Positions 42,294-51,380 of a stretch of DNA of 64,000 bases are shown one piece after another (the first letter of the stretch is position 1; each line of letters opens with the position of its first letter). The notes under the pieces are model-generated. The model had not been told where the DNA came from and made no database searches. It saw only the letters and a program-made list of their open reading frames with translations. The position numbers and the translations under genes are program-made. This DNA comes from Myxococcota bacterium (lineage in GTDB: Bacteria > Myxococcota_A > UBA796 > SXON01), in the NCBI GenBank assembly GCA_040386535.1, contig JAZKFH010000039.1, positions 64,001-128,000 on the forward strand. Reading direction: 5' to 3'.

Positions 42294-45200
42294 CTACTCG
42301 CACACGAAGTGCATCTCCAGGAAGCACGCCCAATCGTTCCATTGTCCGCTCTCGCCGTCCATGGCCCCGCAGTGCTCGATGCCGTCGCCGTTGTCGGGCG
42401 CGCCGCCGGTCCAGTTGGTGAAGCTCGGCGACGTGCCGTCTTCCCACACGAACTCGCCTTCGGTCGCGAGGTCGGAGATGCCGATCCAGGTGTGGCCCGC
42501 GCCCCAGCTGGTCATCGTCGTGACGAGGGCGGTGTTCTCCGCCGCGTCGTCGACGGTCACCAGGTTCGAGCCGAGCGCCGCGCACACCTCCGCGGCCTGC
42601 TCCCACGGGAGGGGGCTGCACGCGAGGTAGCCGTCCAGCTCGGAGCAGCCGTAGCAGGAGGGCTCGTCGTCCTCGAGCCCGGAGCAGTCCTGGTCGATGC
42701 CGTCGTCGCAGGTCTCGGCGGCGCCGGGGTAGGTCCCCACGTTGTCGTCGTCGCAGTCCCCGTCGATGGGCGCGAACCCTTCCGTCGCTACGCACGCGAC
42801 CTCGGTGGCCTCCGCGATCCCGACCCCGTCTCCGTCCACGTCCTGGTAGAAGGTCTGCATGTCGACCGCGGACTCGTCCACCGCGCCGTCGCAGTCGTCG
42901 TCCGTCGTGTTGCACAGCTCGTCAGCGCCCGGGAAGATCGTGCCGTCCACGGCGTCACAATCGGTGGCGTCCGCGAGGTAGCCGGCGGGCGCGGCGCACG
43001 CGTCCCGGCTGTCGGCGGGGTCGCCGTACGTGTCGGCGTCGGCGTCGGCGTACCACGTGGGCGCGTCGATCGCGGACTCGTCGGTCGAGCCGTCGCAGTC
43101 GTTGTCGGCGCTGTCGCAGATCTCCGGCGCGCCGGGGTTCACGGCCGCGTTGTCGTCGACACAGTCACGGTCGTCCGCGACGTAACCGGCCGGCTGCTCG
43201 CAGTGGATGCCGGCGTTGTAGACATCCCCGTACCCGTCGGCGTCCGCGTCCGCGTACCAGGTGAGGGCGTCGGCGGCCGAGCTCTCGTCCACGAGGCCGT
43301 TGCAGTCGTTGTCCGTGCCGTCGCAGAGCTCGTCGCCGCCGGGCTGGGCGCCGGCGTCCGTGTCGTCGCAGTCGCCGCCGGTCGCGATGAAGCCGTCCGG
43401 CGCGTCGCAGCTGTGGGAGACGTAGTTGCCGCCGGCGCCGTCGGCGTCCGCGTCCATGAACCACAGGGTGGCGTCGTAGGCGCCGATGTCGACGAGGCCG
43501 TCGCAGTTGTTGTCCACGTCGTCGCAGGACTCGCGGGCGGACGGAGAGACGGCGGCGCTCGTGTCGTCGCAGTCCATGGCGTGGGGGAGGTAGCCCACGG
43601 GGGGGAGGCACGCGGCGACGGGCGCGAGGGCGTTGCCGTAGCCGTCGGCGTCGGCGTCGGCGTACCACGTCGGCGCGCCGATGGCCGTCGCGGGGTCGAC
43701 CGTGCCGTCACAGTCGTTGTCCAGGCCGTCGCACACCTCGGGCGCGCCGGGGTGGGCGCTGGGCATCCAGTCGAGGCAGTCGGTCGCGTCGGTGACGTAG
43801 CCGGCGGGAGCGTCGCAAGCGGCGTAGGGTGCGGCGCCGTTGCCGAAGCCGTCGGCGTCCATGTCGGGGTACCAGGTCAGCGCGTCGGTAGACCAGGAGG
43901 GGTCGACGATGCCGTCACAGTCGTTGTCGACCTCGTCGCACGTCTCGGTCGCGCCGGGGAACGTGGTGGCGACCGTGTCGTCGCAGTCTTGCGGCGTGCC
44001 GGCGTAGCCAGCGGGCATCTCGCACGCGAAGACGAGGGTGAAGGGGCTCCCGAAGTGGTCGCCGTCGGCGTCCACGAACCAGGGCCTGGTGCCCATGGAG
44101 GTGGCGGGGTCGACCGTGCCGTCACAGTCGTTGTCCACCTCGTCGCACGTCTCGGGCGCGCCGGGGAAGGTGGTGGCGACGGCGTCGTCGCAGTCGGTGG
44201 CGTCGGCGAGGTAGCCGGCGGGGGCGTCGCAAGCGGCCATGGTCATCGCGGCGTTGCCGAAGCCGTCGGCGTCGGCGTCGGCGTGCCAGGTCGACGCGTC
44301 GGTGGCCTCCTGGTCGATCGTTCCGTCGCAATCGTCGTCGCGCTCGTTGCAGACCTCGTCGGCGCCGGGGAACACGGCGGCGTCGGTGTCGTCGCACTCC
44401 TCGCAGGCGGCGAACCCGTCGGCGTCCTCGTCGGCGAAGCCGACCGAGCCGTCACAGTTGTAGTCGGCCGGATCTGTGCAGTCGTCTTCGAGGACGCCCG
44501 GGTTGTAGGCGGCGTCCGCGTCGTCACAGTCGGTCGCGTCGGCGACGAACTCCGCGGGTGCGTCGCAAGCGACCACGGCCTCGGTGATGTCGCCGAAGCC
44601 GTCGTTGTCGATGTCGGCGTACCACGTCGATGCGTCCGTGGCCGACGAGGGATCGACCGTGCCGTCACAGTCGTTGTCCACCTCGTCGCAAATCTCGGGC
44701 GCGCCGGGGAACGTGCTCGCGACCGTGTCGTCGCAGTCCGTCGCGTCGGCCACGAAGCCGGCGGGCGCGTCGCAAGCGGCCATGGGCGCGGCGGGGTCGC
44801 CGAAGCCGTCGTTGTCAGCGTCGGCGTACCAGACCAGCGCGTCGGTGGACGAGGCGGGGTCGACCGTGCCGTCACAGTCGTTGTCCACGCCGTCGCACGT
44901 CTCGGGGGCGCCGGGGAAGGTGCTGGCGACCGTGTCGTCGCAGTCCTCGCACGCGGCGGTGCCGTCGGCGTCCGCGTCGGCGAACTCCACCGAGCCGTCA
45001 CAGTTGTAGTCGGCGGCATCGGTGCAGTCCGGCTCGATCATGCCGGGGTTGTAGGCGGCGTCGGCGTCGTCGCAGTCGGTGGCGTCGGACACGTAGCCGG
45101 CGGGCGCGTCGCAAGCGGCGAAAGCCTCGGTGGCGTCGCCGAAGCCGTCGGTGTCCACGTCGGCGTACCAGGCGGACATGTCCAGCGCGTCCTGGTCGGC

Positions 45201-46226
45201 CGTGCCGTCACAGTCGTTGTCCACGGTGTCGCAGACCTCGTCGGCGCCGGGGAACACGGCGGCGTCGGTGTCGTCGCACTCCTCGCACGCGGCGAAGCCG
45301 TCGGCATCGGCGTCGGCGAAGCCGACCGAGCCGTCACAGTTGTAGTCGGAAGGATCGGTGCAATCGTCCTCGACCGCGCCGGGGTTGTAGGCGGCGTCGG
45401 CGTCGTCACAGTCGGTCGCGTCGGCGGCGAACCCCTCGGGGACCGCGCAGGCGGCCACGGTGTCGGCCACGTCGCCGAAGCCGTCGGCGTCGCCGTCGGC
45501 GTACCAGGTCGACGCGTCGAGGGCGCCCTGATCGACGGTTCCGTCGCAATCGTCGTCACGCTCGTTGCAGAGCTCGTCCGCCCCGGGGAACACGGCGCCG
45601 TCGGCGTCGTCGCAGTCCTGGCACGCGGCCACGCCGTCGGCGTCCGCATCGGCGAACCCGACCGAGCCGTCACAGTTGTAGTCGGCCGGGTCCGTACAAT
45701 CGGCCTCGACCGCGCCCGGGTTGAACGCGGCGTTGCCGTCGTCACAATCGGTCGCTTCGGCCACGAAGCCGGCGGGCGCGTCGCAAGCGGCGACAGCATC
45801 GGAGATGTCGCCGAAGCCGTCGACATCGAGGTCGACGTACCAGGTCACGGCGTCGAGCGCGCCCTGATCGACCGTGCCGTCACAGTCGTCGTCGACCGTG
45901 TTGCAGCGCTCGTCCGCGCCCGGGTGGATCGCGGCGTTCGTATCGTCACAATCAGCGGCGGCGTCGAAGCCATCCGCGTCGAGATCGACCGGCACCGCGG
46001 TGTCGGTGTCGTCGGTGTCGTCGGTGTCGTCGGTGTCGTCGGTGTCGTCGGTGTCATCGGTGTCGTCGGTGTCGTCGGTGTCGTCGGTTTCGTCGGTGTC
46101 GTCGGTGTCGTCGGTGTCGTCGGTGTCGGTGTCGTCGATGATGACGCTGGTGTCGTCGTCTTTCGGTTCCACTTCGGGTGCGGGACATGCGGCGAGGGCG
46201 AGCAGGGCGAGTATCGAGAGGCGCAC
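42294..46226 (-). CDS. Large surface lipoprotein: DDT tract, about 20 MopE-type (putative metal-binding) Cys/Asp repeats and a C-terminal C-type lectin domain
   Basis: Lipobox LAAC, repeated DCDD....PGA.E.C...DNDCDG..D....WY.D.D.DGFG, and CTLD WIGISD...EGEFVWEDG....NW..G.PDN...EHC...WND..C. AGGAG RBS. Confidence 0.9.
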   Translation of the reverse strand: MRLSILALLALAACPAPEVEPKDDDTSVIIDDTDTDDTDDTDDTDETDDTDDTDDTDDTDDTDDTDDTDDTDDTDTAVPVDLDADGFDAAADCDDTNAAIHPGADERCNTVDDDCDGTVDQGALDAVTWYVDLDVDGFGDISDAVAACDAPAGFVAEATDCDDGNAAFNPGAVEADCTDPADYNCDGSVGFADADADGVAACQDCDDADGAVFPGADELCNERDDDCDGTVDQGALDASTWYADGDADGFGDVADTVAACAVPEGFAADATDCDDADAAYNPGAVEDDCTDPSDYNCDGSVGFADADADGFAACEECDDTDAAVFPGADEVCDTVDNDCDGTADQDALDMSAWYADVDTDGFGDATEAFAACDAPAGYVSDATDCDDADAAYNPGMIEPDCTDAADYNCDGSVEFADADADGTAACEDCDDTVASTFPGAPETCDGVDNDCDGTVDPASSTDALVWYADADNDGFGDPAAPMAACDAPAGFVADATDCDDTVASTFPGAPEICDEVDNDCDGTVDPSSATDASTWYADIDNDGFGDITEAVVACDAPAEFVADATDCDDADAAYNPGVLEDDCTDPADYNCDGSVGFADEDADGFAACEECDDTDAAVFPGADEVCNERDDDCDGTIDQEATDASTWHADADADGFGNAAMTMAACDAPAGYLADATDCDDAVATTFPGAPETCDEVDNDCDGTVDPATSMGTRPWFVDADGDHFGSPFTLVFACEMPAGYAGTPQDCDDTVATTFPGATETCDEVDNDCDGIVDPSWSTDALTWYPDMDADGFGNGAAPYAACDAPAGYVTDATDCLDWMPSAHPGAPEVCDGLDNDCDGTVDPATAIGAPTWYADADADGYGNALAPVAACLPPVGYLPHAMDCDDTSAAVSPSARESCDDVDNNCDGLVDIGAYDATLWFMDADADGAGGNYVSHSCDAPDGFIATGGDCDDTDAGAQPGGDELCDGTDNDCNGLVDESSAADALTWYADADADGYGDVYNAGIHCEQPAGYVADDRDCVDDNAAVNPGAPEICDSADNDCDGSTDESAIDAPTWYADADADTYGDPADSRDACAAPAGYLADATDCDAVDGTIFPGADELCNTTDDDCDGAVDESAVDMQTFYQDVDGDGVGIAEATEVACVATEGFAPIDGDCDDDNVGTYPGAAETCDDGIDQDCSGLEDDEPSCYGCSELDGYLACSPLPWEQAAEVCAALGSNLVTVDDAAENTALVTTMTSWGAGHTWIGISDLATEGEFVWEDGTSPSFTNWTGGAPDNGDGIEHCGAMDGESGQWNDWACFLEMHFVCE
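46001..46137. repeat. 9-bp VNTR (GTCGGTGTC)n encoding (Asp-Asp-Thr)n
   Basis: About 13 consecutive near-perfect units visible directly in the sequence. Confidence 0.9.
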
Positions 46227-46315
46227 GAGGAATCTCCTGGAGAAGGGGAGGAAAAGGGGGAGAGGCTCCCTCTGTCGTCCGCAGGCCCGCCCGCTTGAGT
46301 AGATTCTGTCGCCCG

Positions 46316-46349
46316 TCCTGGGGCAGGGGCTCCGCCCCCGCAACGCCCC
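46316..46349. repeat. REP-like palindromic element, copy 1 (intergenic)
   Basis: TCCTGGGGCAGGGGCTCCGCCCCCGCAACGCCCC. An inverted near-identical copy lies at 53302-53337. Confidence 0.7.
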
Positions 46350-46466
46350 GGAGGCAGGGCCCCGAGCGCTTCGCCGCCCAGAACGGCCCGAGCGTGGCTC
46401 AAACCTGGCTCACGTGTGCCAAACCGCGCGCGGCGCCGATAGAGCGCGGGCCCGAGGAGACGCGCC

Positions 46467-47444
46467 GTGAACGAGCCTGCCGCCCTGGCCCCGCCGGACA
46501 CCGTCGGCCACGCCGAAACCGTCGCGACACGCCGCTTCTTCCCGAACCACGTGGTCGTCTGGCGGGGGGCGCGGCGCCGCGTCGTGTGGTTCGGGGTGTT
46601 CGCGGGCGCGGCGGTGGCGGTCGGGGTCGCCTCCGTGGCGGCGTGGCTCGCGGGGGCGGGGATCGCGCCCGGCGCCGTGCTCCCGGTGCTCTTCGGGGCG
46701 CTGGTGCCCGGGATCGTGATCGGCTCCCGCGGGTGGGCCGTCGCCGTCGATCTGCGCACGCGCCCGTTGCGGGAGGCGCTGTCGAGGACGGGCTTCGCCT
46801 TCCAGGGCGGCCTCCTCGGCGTCGCGATGATGTTGCCGCTCGCCGCGGCCCTCGCCGGGGTCCATCCGCTCGTGCTGACCGACGTGTGCGCGTTGGCGCT
46901 CCCGGCGGCGCACGCCGTGGGGCGGCTCGGGTGCCTGACATACGGGTGCTGCTACGGCCGCCCGACCGACGCCCCCTGGGCCATGCGCTATCGGTGCCAC
47001 GAGGCCAAGGCGGTCTGGGAGGGTGGCCTTCACGACATCGCGCTCCACCCGACGCCGCTCTACCAGGTGGCGGGCTGCCTCCTGCACGCGGCGTTCCTCG
47101 CGGCGGTCACGACGGTGCCGGGGCCGGTCGGCGTCGTGACCGGCACCTACCTCGTCGTGGGGGCGGCGGGCCGGTGGGTGCTCGAGCACTTCCGGAGCTC
47201 GACCGTGCGGCCCACGCCCTTCCAGCGGTTCGCGCTCCTCCAGGGCGCCGTCGGGCTGCTGGTCCTGGGCACGTCGGCCCTGCTGGTCGGCTCCGCGATC
47301 GTGCCGATGGCGCCGTGGTCCAACGGGCCCGCCGCGTGGAGCGACGCGCTGGGCGGCGGCGCCTGGATCTGGGCGCTGCTCGCGGGGGTCGGCGTGGCCG
47401 TGCCGCTGGCCATCCAGGGCCGCGCGCCGGGCGTGTTCCGATGA
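46467..47444 (+). CDS. Lgt (prolipoprotein diacylglyceryl transferase)-like membrane protein
   Basis: GFAFQGG, GRLGCLTYGCCYGRPT..PW, LHPTPLY, RWVLEHFR. Confidence 0.75.
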   Translation: MNEPAALAPPDTVGHAETVATRRFFPNHVVVWRGARRRVVWFGVFAGAAVAVGVASVAAWLAGAGIAPGAVLPVLFGALVPGIVIGSRGWAVAVDLRTRPLREALSRTGFAFQGGLLGVAMMLPLAAALAGVHPLVLTDVCALALPAAHAVGRLGCLTYGCCYGRPTDAPWAMRYRCHEAKAVWEGGLHDIALHPTPLYQVAGCLLHAAFLAAVTTVPGPVGVVTGTYLVVGAAGRWVLEHFRSSTVRPTPFQRFALLQGAVGLLVLGTSALLVGSAIVPMAPWSNGPAAWSDALGGGAWIWALLAGVGVAVPLAIQGRAPGVFR

Positions 47445-48496
47445 TCGGCGTGTGGGCCGTCGGCGCCGGGGCCGTGGGCTGGGCGGGCGCCCTGGTCGGG
47501 CTCGGCGGGGTCCTCGGCCTCCGCGGGCTCGCACCGGGCGGCCGCCGCGAGGTGGCGCTCGCCGCGGCCCTCGGGATCGTCGGCCTCGGCGCGGCCACGG
47601 CGGCGCCGGGTGGGCTCACGTTGGGGCTCACGCTCGGCCTCCCGCTCGCGGTCGTCGCGAGCCTCGCGCGTTCGGCCCTGGCGCGCCTCGACCCCGACCG
47701 CCCCTTTCGCGAGGCGGAGGTCCGGGTGGGGGAGGGGCGGTGGCGGCTCGGGCCGGCGCGGGCGCGCCTCGGGGTGGTCGTCCTCCACGGCGGCGGCAAC
47801 GACCGCTTCTACGGGCTCTGGTACCTCTACGATCGGCTGCTGGCGCTGGGCGCCGTCGTCGAGATGGTCGACCTGCCGGGGCACGGGCGGGAGGGGGCCG
47901 ACACGTTCTCCGTCGCCGCCGGGCGCGCGCGGGTCGACGCGGCGGTGGCCTCGGTCGCCGCCGACGCCGACCGTGTCGTGATCCTGGGGCAGAGCCTCGG
48001 CGGGGCGTTCGCGCTGGACGCGGCGGCCCGCGGCACCCGCGCGCACGCGGTGGTCTCGGTCTCGGCGCCCTACACCCTCGCGCTCGGCGCCACGATGCTC
48101 CGCGAGGCCCGCGCGCTCGCCGGCGAGGGGCTCTGGCGCACCCTCCGCTACGGCACCACCGCCGAGATCCTGCCCGCCGTCGGCGGCTTCCGCCGCGCCC
48201 ACTTCCCCATCCGCGGGGCCGGCGCGGACTACGTCGCCACCTTCCGCGCGGCGCTCGCCGAGATGGACCTGCTCTCGACCCTCGCCGCGGCGCGGGTCCC
48301 CCTGCTCGTGGCGCACGGCACGTGGGACGGCGTGATCGGCCCCGTCCAGGGCGAGCGCATCGCCGCCGCCGCGCCCGGCGCGCGTCTGTTGCCGCTCCCC
48401 GGCCGCACGCACCTCGACCCGCTGCTCGATCGCGCGGCGGTCGATACGTTGCTGGCCTGGCTCGCCGAACCTCCGTCGGCCCCGGAGGCTTCGTGA
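47441..48496 (+). CDS. Membrane-anchored alpha/beta hydrolase
   Basis: N-terminal TM helices, LHGGG, DLPGHG, GQSLGG, HGTWD, terminal His. ATG overlaps the previous stop. Confidence 0.85.
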   Translation: MIGVWAVGAGAVGWAGALVGLGGVLGLRGLAPGGRREVALAAALGIVGLGAATAAPGGLTLGLTLGLPLAVVASLARSALARLDPDRPFREAEVRVGEGRWRLGPARARLGVVVLHGGGNDRFYGLWYLYDRLLALGAVVEMVDLPGHGREGADTFSVAAGRARVDAAVASVAADADRVVILGQSLGGAFALDAAARGTRAHAVVSVSAPYTLALGATMLREARALAGEGLWRTLRYGTTAEILPAVGGFRRAHFPIRGAGADYVATFRAALAEMDLLSTLAAARVPLLVAHGTWDGVIGPVQGERIAAAAPGARLLPLPGRTHLDPLLDRAAVDTLLAWLAEPPSAPEAS

Positions 48497-49581
48497 GCGC
48501 CCGCCCCTGGATCATCGACGCGACGCAGGATCGCGTGTTCCTCTTCGGCGGCGTCGCCGCGAGCGCCGCGCTCACGCTCGCCATCCTCGTCTCGGGCGAG
48601 CTGGCGCCGTGGTGGTGGGTGTGGGTCATCGCGCTCGACGGGCCCCACCTCTTCGCGACGCTCGCCCGCACCTACCTCGATCCCGCCGAATGGCAGGCCC
48701 GCGGCGGGCTGCTCCGTGGCTCGCTCCTCTGGTTCCTGGCCGGCCCCGCCTTCCTCGGCCTCGCCGCGATCTCCGGGTCCGGCCTGCCCGTGGCGCTGTT
48801 CCTCACCGCCGCGAGCTTGTGGGCGTGGTGGCACGTGCTGCGCCAGCACCTCGGCTTCGTGGGCCTGTACGCGCGCGTGTCGGGCGAGACCGACGCCGGG
48901 GATGCCGCCTGGGATCGCGCCGCCCTCTACACGGGCATGCTCGCGCCGTTCGTGGCCTTCGCGCTCGGCCACCCGCAAGCCCGGCCGATGCTCGGCTTGA
49001 CGGGCACGCCCACCTGGGAGCCCGTCGTGGCCGCGATCCTCTGGGGGCTCACCGCCGCGGTGTCGCTCGGGTGGGGCCTCCGGGTGCTCAGCGCGCGGCG
49101 GGCGGGCCGGGCGTCCAGCGGGCCCAAAGTGGCCTACCTCGCGCTGGTCCTCGCGTGGACGGCCATCGTCCTGTCGCCGCCCATCGCCAACCGGCTCCCC
49201 ATCGGGGGCATCACGATCGCGGTCACCGCGTGGCACAACGTGCAGTATCACGCGCTCGTGTGGCACTACAAACGGAACCGCTACCGCACGGAGCCCGCCG
49301 CGCACGGGTGGGCGGCCGTCGTGGGCCGCAGCTTCCTCACCTACGCGCTCGTCGGCATCGCGTTCACGCTCGCCTACCGCCTCCCCAACTGCGGCTTCGG
49401 CTCGCCGCCGGGCTGCGCGACGGGCACGACGCCGCTGTTCGCGGGCCTGTCGTTGCCGGTGATCGGCGAGACCCTGTTCTGGGGCTTCGCGCTGCACCAC
49501 TACTTCGTCGACCAGTACATCTGGCGGCCGAGCCGGGACACGCGGCTGCGGGCGGATCTGCGGCTGGTGGCGGCGGGGTAG
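48493..49581 (+). CDS. Polytopic membrane protein with spaced His motifs
   Basis: DGPHLFATLARTY, WHVLRQHLG, WHNVQYH, LHHYFVDQYIWR. Confidence 0.75.
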   Translation: MSARPWIIDATQDRVFLFGGVAASAALTLAILVSGELAPWWWVWVIALDGPHLFATLARTYLDPAEWQARGGLLRGSLLWFLAGPAFLGLAAISGSGLPVALFLTAASLWAWWHVLRQHLGFVGLYARVSGETDAGDAAWDRAALYTGMLAPFVAFALGHPQARPMLGLTGTPTWEPVVAAILWGLTAAVSLGWGLRVLSARRAGRASSGPKVAYLALVLAWTAIVLSPPIANRLPIGGITIAVTAWHNVQYHALVWHYKRNRYRTEPAAHGWAAVVGRSFLTYALVGIAFTLAYRLPNCGFGSPPGCATGTTPLFAGLSLPVIGETLFWGFALHHYFVDQYIWRPSRDTRLRADLRLVAAG

Positions 49582-51366
49582 ATGAAGCGGCTGCACCCGT
49601 TCCTGCCGTTCCTCGGCCACCTGCTGCTGTGGGTGCTCGTGACCTGGCCCCTGGTGCTGGACCTCGACACGAGCTTCGTGGTGTCGCGGTTCGCGTCCTC
49701 CCACCTGTGGATCTTCGACACCGTGGTCAGCGGCTGGAACGGCCGGATCCCGCTCTGGCTCTGGGAGCGCGGCTACCCCGCCGGTGGCGCCGTGGTGCTC
49801 ATCGGCTGGCCTGCGCTCGCCCTGTTCGCGGTGTTCCGCACCTTCTGCTCCGCGCTGGCGGCGTACAACCTGACCCAGCTCGTGCTCGGCGCGCTCGCCG
49901 GAGCCGCGGCCCACGCGCTCGCGCGCCGGCAGGGGGTGTCGGAGCGGGCGGCGGGGGTGGGGGGGATCGCCTACGGGGTGTCGGGCTACATCCTCTCCAT
50001 CGTGTACATCGGGGAGATCCCCAACTTCTGCCACGCGTTCCTGCCCTTGCTCCTGCTCGCGGTGGACGCGTGCGGGCGCTCCTGGCGCGCCCCCTTCGCC
50101 GGCGCGTTGGCGTGGACGGCGCTGCTCTCCGCCACGCCGTACTACGGCCTGCTCTCGATCTGGCTCGTGATCGCCTATGCGATCGGGGTCCTCGGGCGCG
50201 ACCGCAGCCTCGCCACCCTCGGACGGTTGGTGCTCTTTGCGGCGTTGTGCGCCGCCCCTTCGATCGTGCTCCTTCGGTACTTCAACCTCCTCCGCGACCT
50301 CGCCCCGAACCTCCACCTGCTCCGCCCCGCCACCGGCGCCCTGGCGGTGTTCGGCGAGCGCGACACCTGGCTCTTCATGGAGGCGACACTGGACGGGCTG
50401 GTGAAGCCGGGGAAGGCCGGGGTGCCGGCCGGCACGGCGATCCAGATCGGCTACCTCGGCGTGGTGCCGCTCGCGCTCGCGGCCCTCGCCTGGACCCGGC
50501 GCCGCCGCTGGCTCGTGGCGGGCTGGTGGGCCGCCGCGCTCGTCGCGATCGCGCTGATGCTCGGCGACCATCTCGCGGTGGGCTCCGGGATGTGGCAGAC
50601 CGCGGCGGGCAACGAATTGATCCTGCCACTCGGGGCGCTCAAGAAATGGGTGCCGGTGCTCCAGATGATCCACGTGCCGTACCGCGCCGCGGTGGTGGCG
50701 ACGTTGTGCCTCGCGATGCTCGCGGCGCTCGCGGTGGACAAGGTGGGCCGCCGGTGGTTCGCCGGGTTCGCGGCCGCCGCCCTGCTGGTCGACACGCTCC
50801 TGCTCTCGCCGACGCCCTGGCCGCTCCCGGTCGTGCACGACCCCGTGCCCGCGCCGTACCACGCGATGGGGGAGGACCCGGCCGACTACGCGGTGCTCCC
50901 GTTCCCGTTCGAGTGTGTGCCCCAGCAGGGGATCGGCAAGTTCCAGCGCTACTTCTACGACGCCACGGTGCACCACAAGCGCGTGCCCTGGGGCGATCGC
51001 CTGACCCGCGACCGCAACACCCTCGACATGGGCGCGCGCCAGGTGATCTCCGAGCCGTTCGTGGTGGGGCTGTGCGGGCTCCTGGACGAGCAGGTGCACC
51101 CTGCGCCCGCGCGCAGCACCGACGTGAGCTGGCTGGCGTCCGTGGGGGTGCGCTGGGTGGTGGTGCACGTCGATCTGCGCGACGCGGCGCAGGTCGCGCC
51201 GGTCCGGCAGTACCTCGAGGCGCGGCTCGGGCCGGCGCGCGAACGGACCGACGGGGTCGAGCTGTACGCGGTGGGCACGGGCACCATCACGCCCGCGATG
51301 CTCGGGCCGGCTAGCCTGGGGGCCACGCCGTGGCCGGCCTGGCTCTACACGGTCGACCATCCGTGA
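49582..51366 (+). CDS. Polytopic membrane protein, probable GT-C (YfhO-like) glycosyltransferase
   Basis: TWP, YP.G, AYN, YYG, GYLG, PYR, and C-terminal Y..TVH / GVRWVVVH pattern. Confidence 0.65.
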   Translation: MKRLHPFLPFLGHLLLWVLVTWPLVLDLDTSFVVSRFASSHLWIFDTVVSGWNGRIPLWLWERGYPAGGAVVLIGWPALALFAVFRTFCSALAAYNLTQLVLGALAGAAAHALARRQGVSERAAGVGGIAYGVSGYILSIVYIGEIPNFCHAFLPLLLLAVDACGRSWRAPFAGALAWTALLSATPYYGLLSIWLVIAYAIGVLGRDRSLATLGRLVLFAALCAAPSIVLLRYFNLLRDLAPNLHLLRPATGALAVFGERDTWLFMEATLDGLVKPGKAGVPAGTAIQIGYLGVVPLALAALAWTRRRRWLVAGWWAAALVAIALMLGDHLAVGSGMWQTAAGNELILPLGALKKWVPVLQMIHVPYRAAVVATLCLAMLAALAVDKVGRRWFAGFAAAALLVDTLLLSPTPWPLPVVHDPVPAPYHAMGEDPADYAVLPFPFECVPQQGIGKFQRYFYDATVHHKRVPWGDRLTRDRNTLDMGARQVISEPFVVGLCGLLDEQVHPAPARSTDVSWLASVGVRWVVVHVDLRDAAQVAPVRQYLEARLGPARERTDGVELYAVGTGTITPAMLGPASLGATPWPAWLYTVDHP

Positions 51367-51380
51367 GGCGGCCGTCGTGA

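Noticed and set aside
46252..46260. A third CCCTTTT on the minus strand
   Set aside because: It lies upstream of the probable GTG start (46226) in a non-coding leader and is not followed by GA.
46405..46423. TTGGCAC on the minus strand as a sigma54 promoter
   Set aside because: There is no TTGC at the -12 position.
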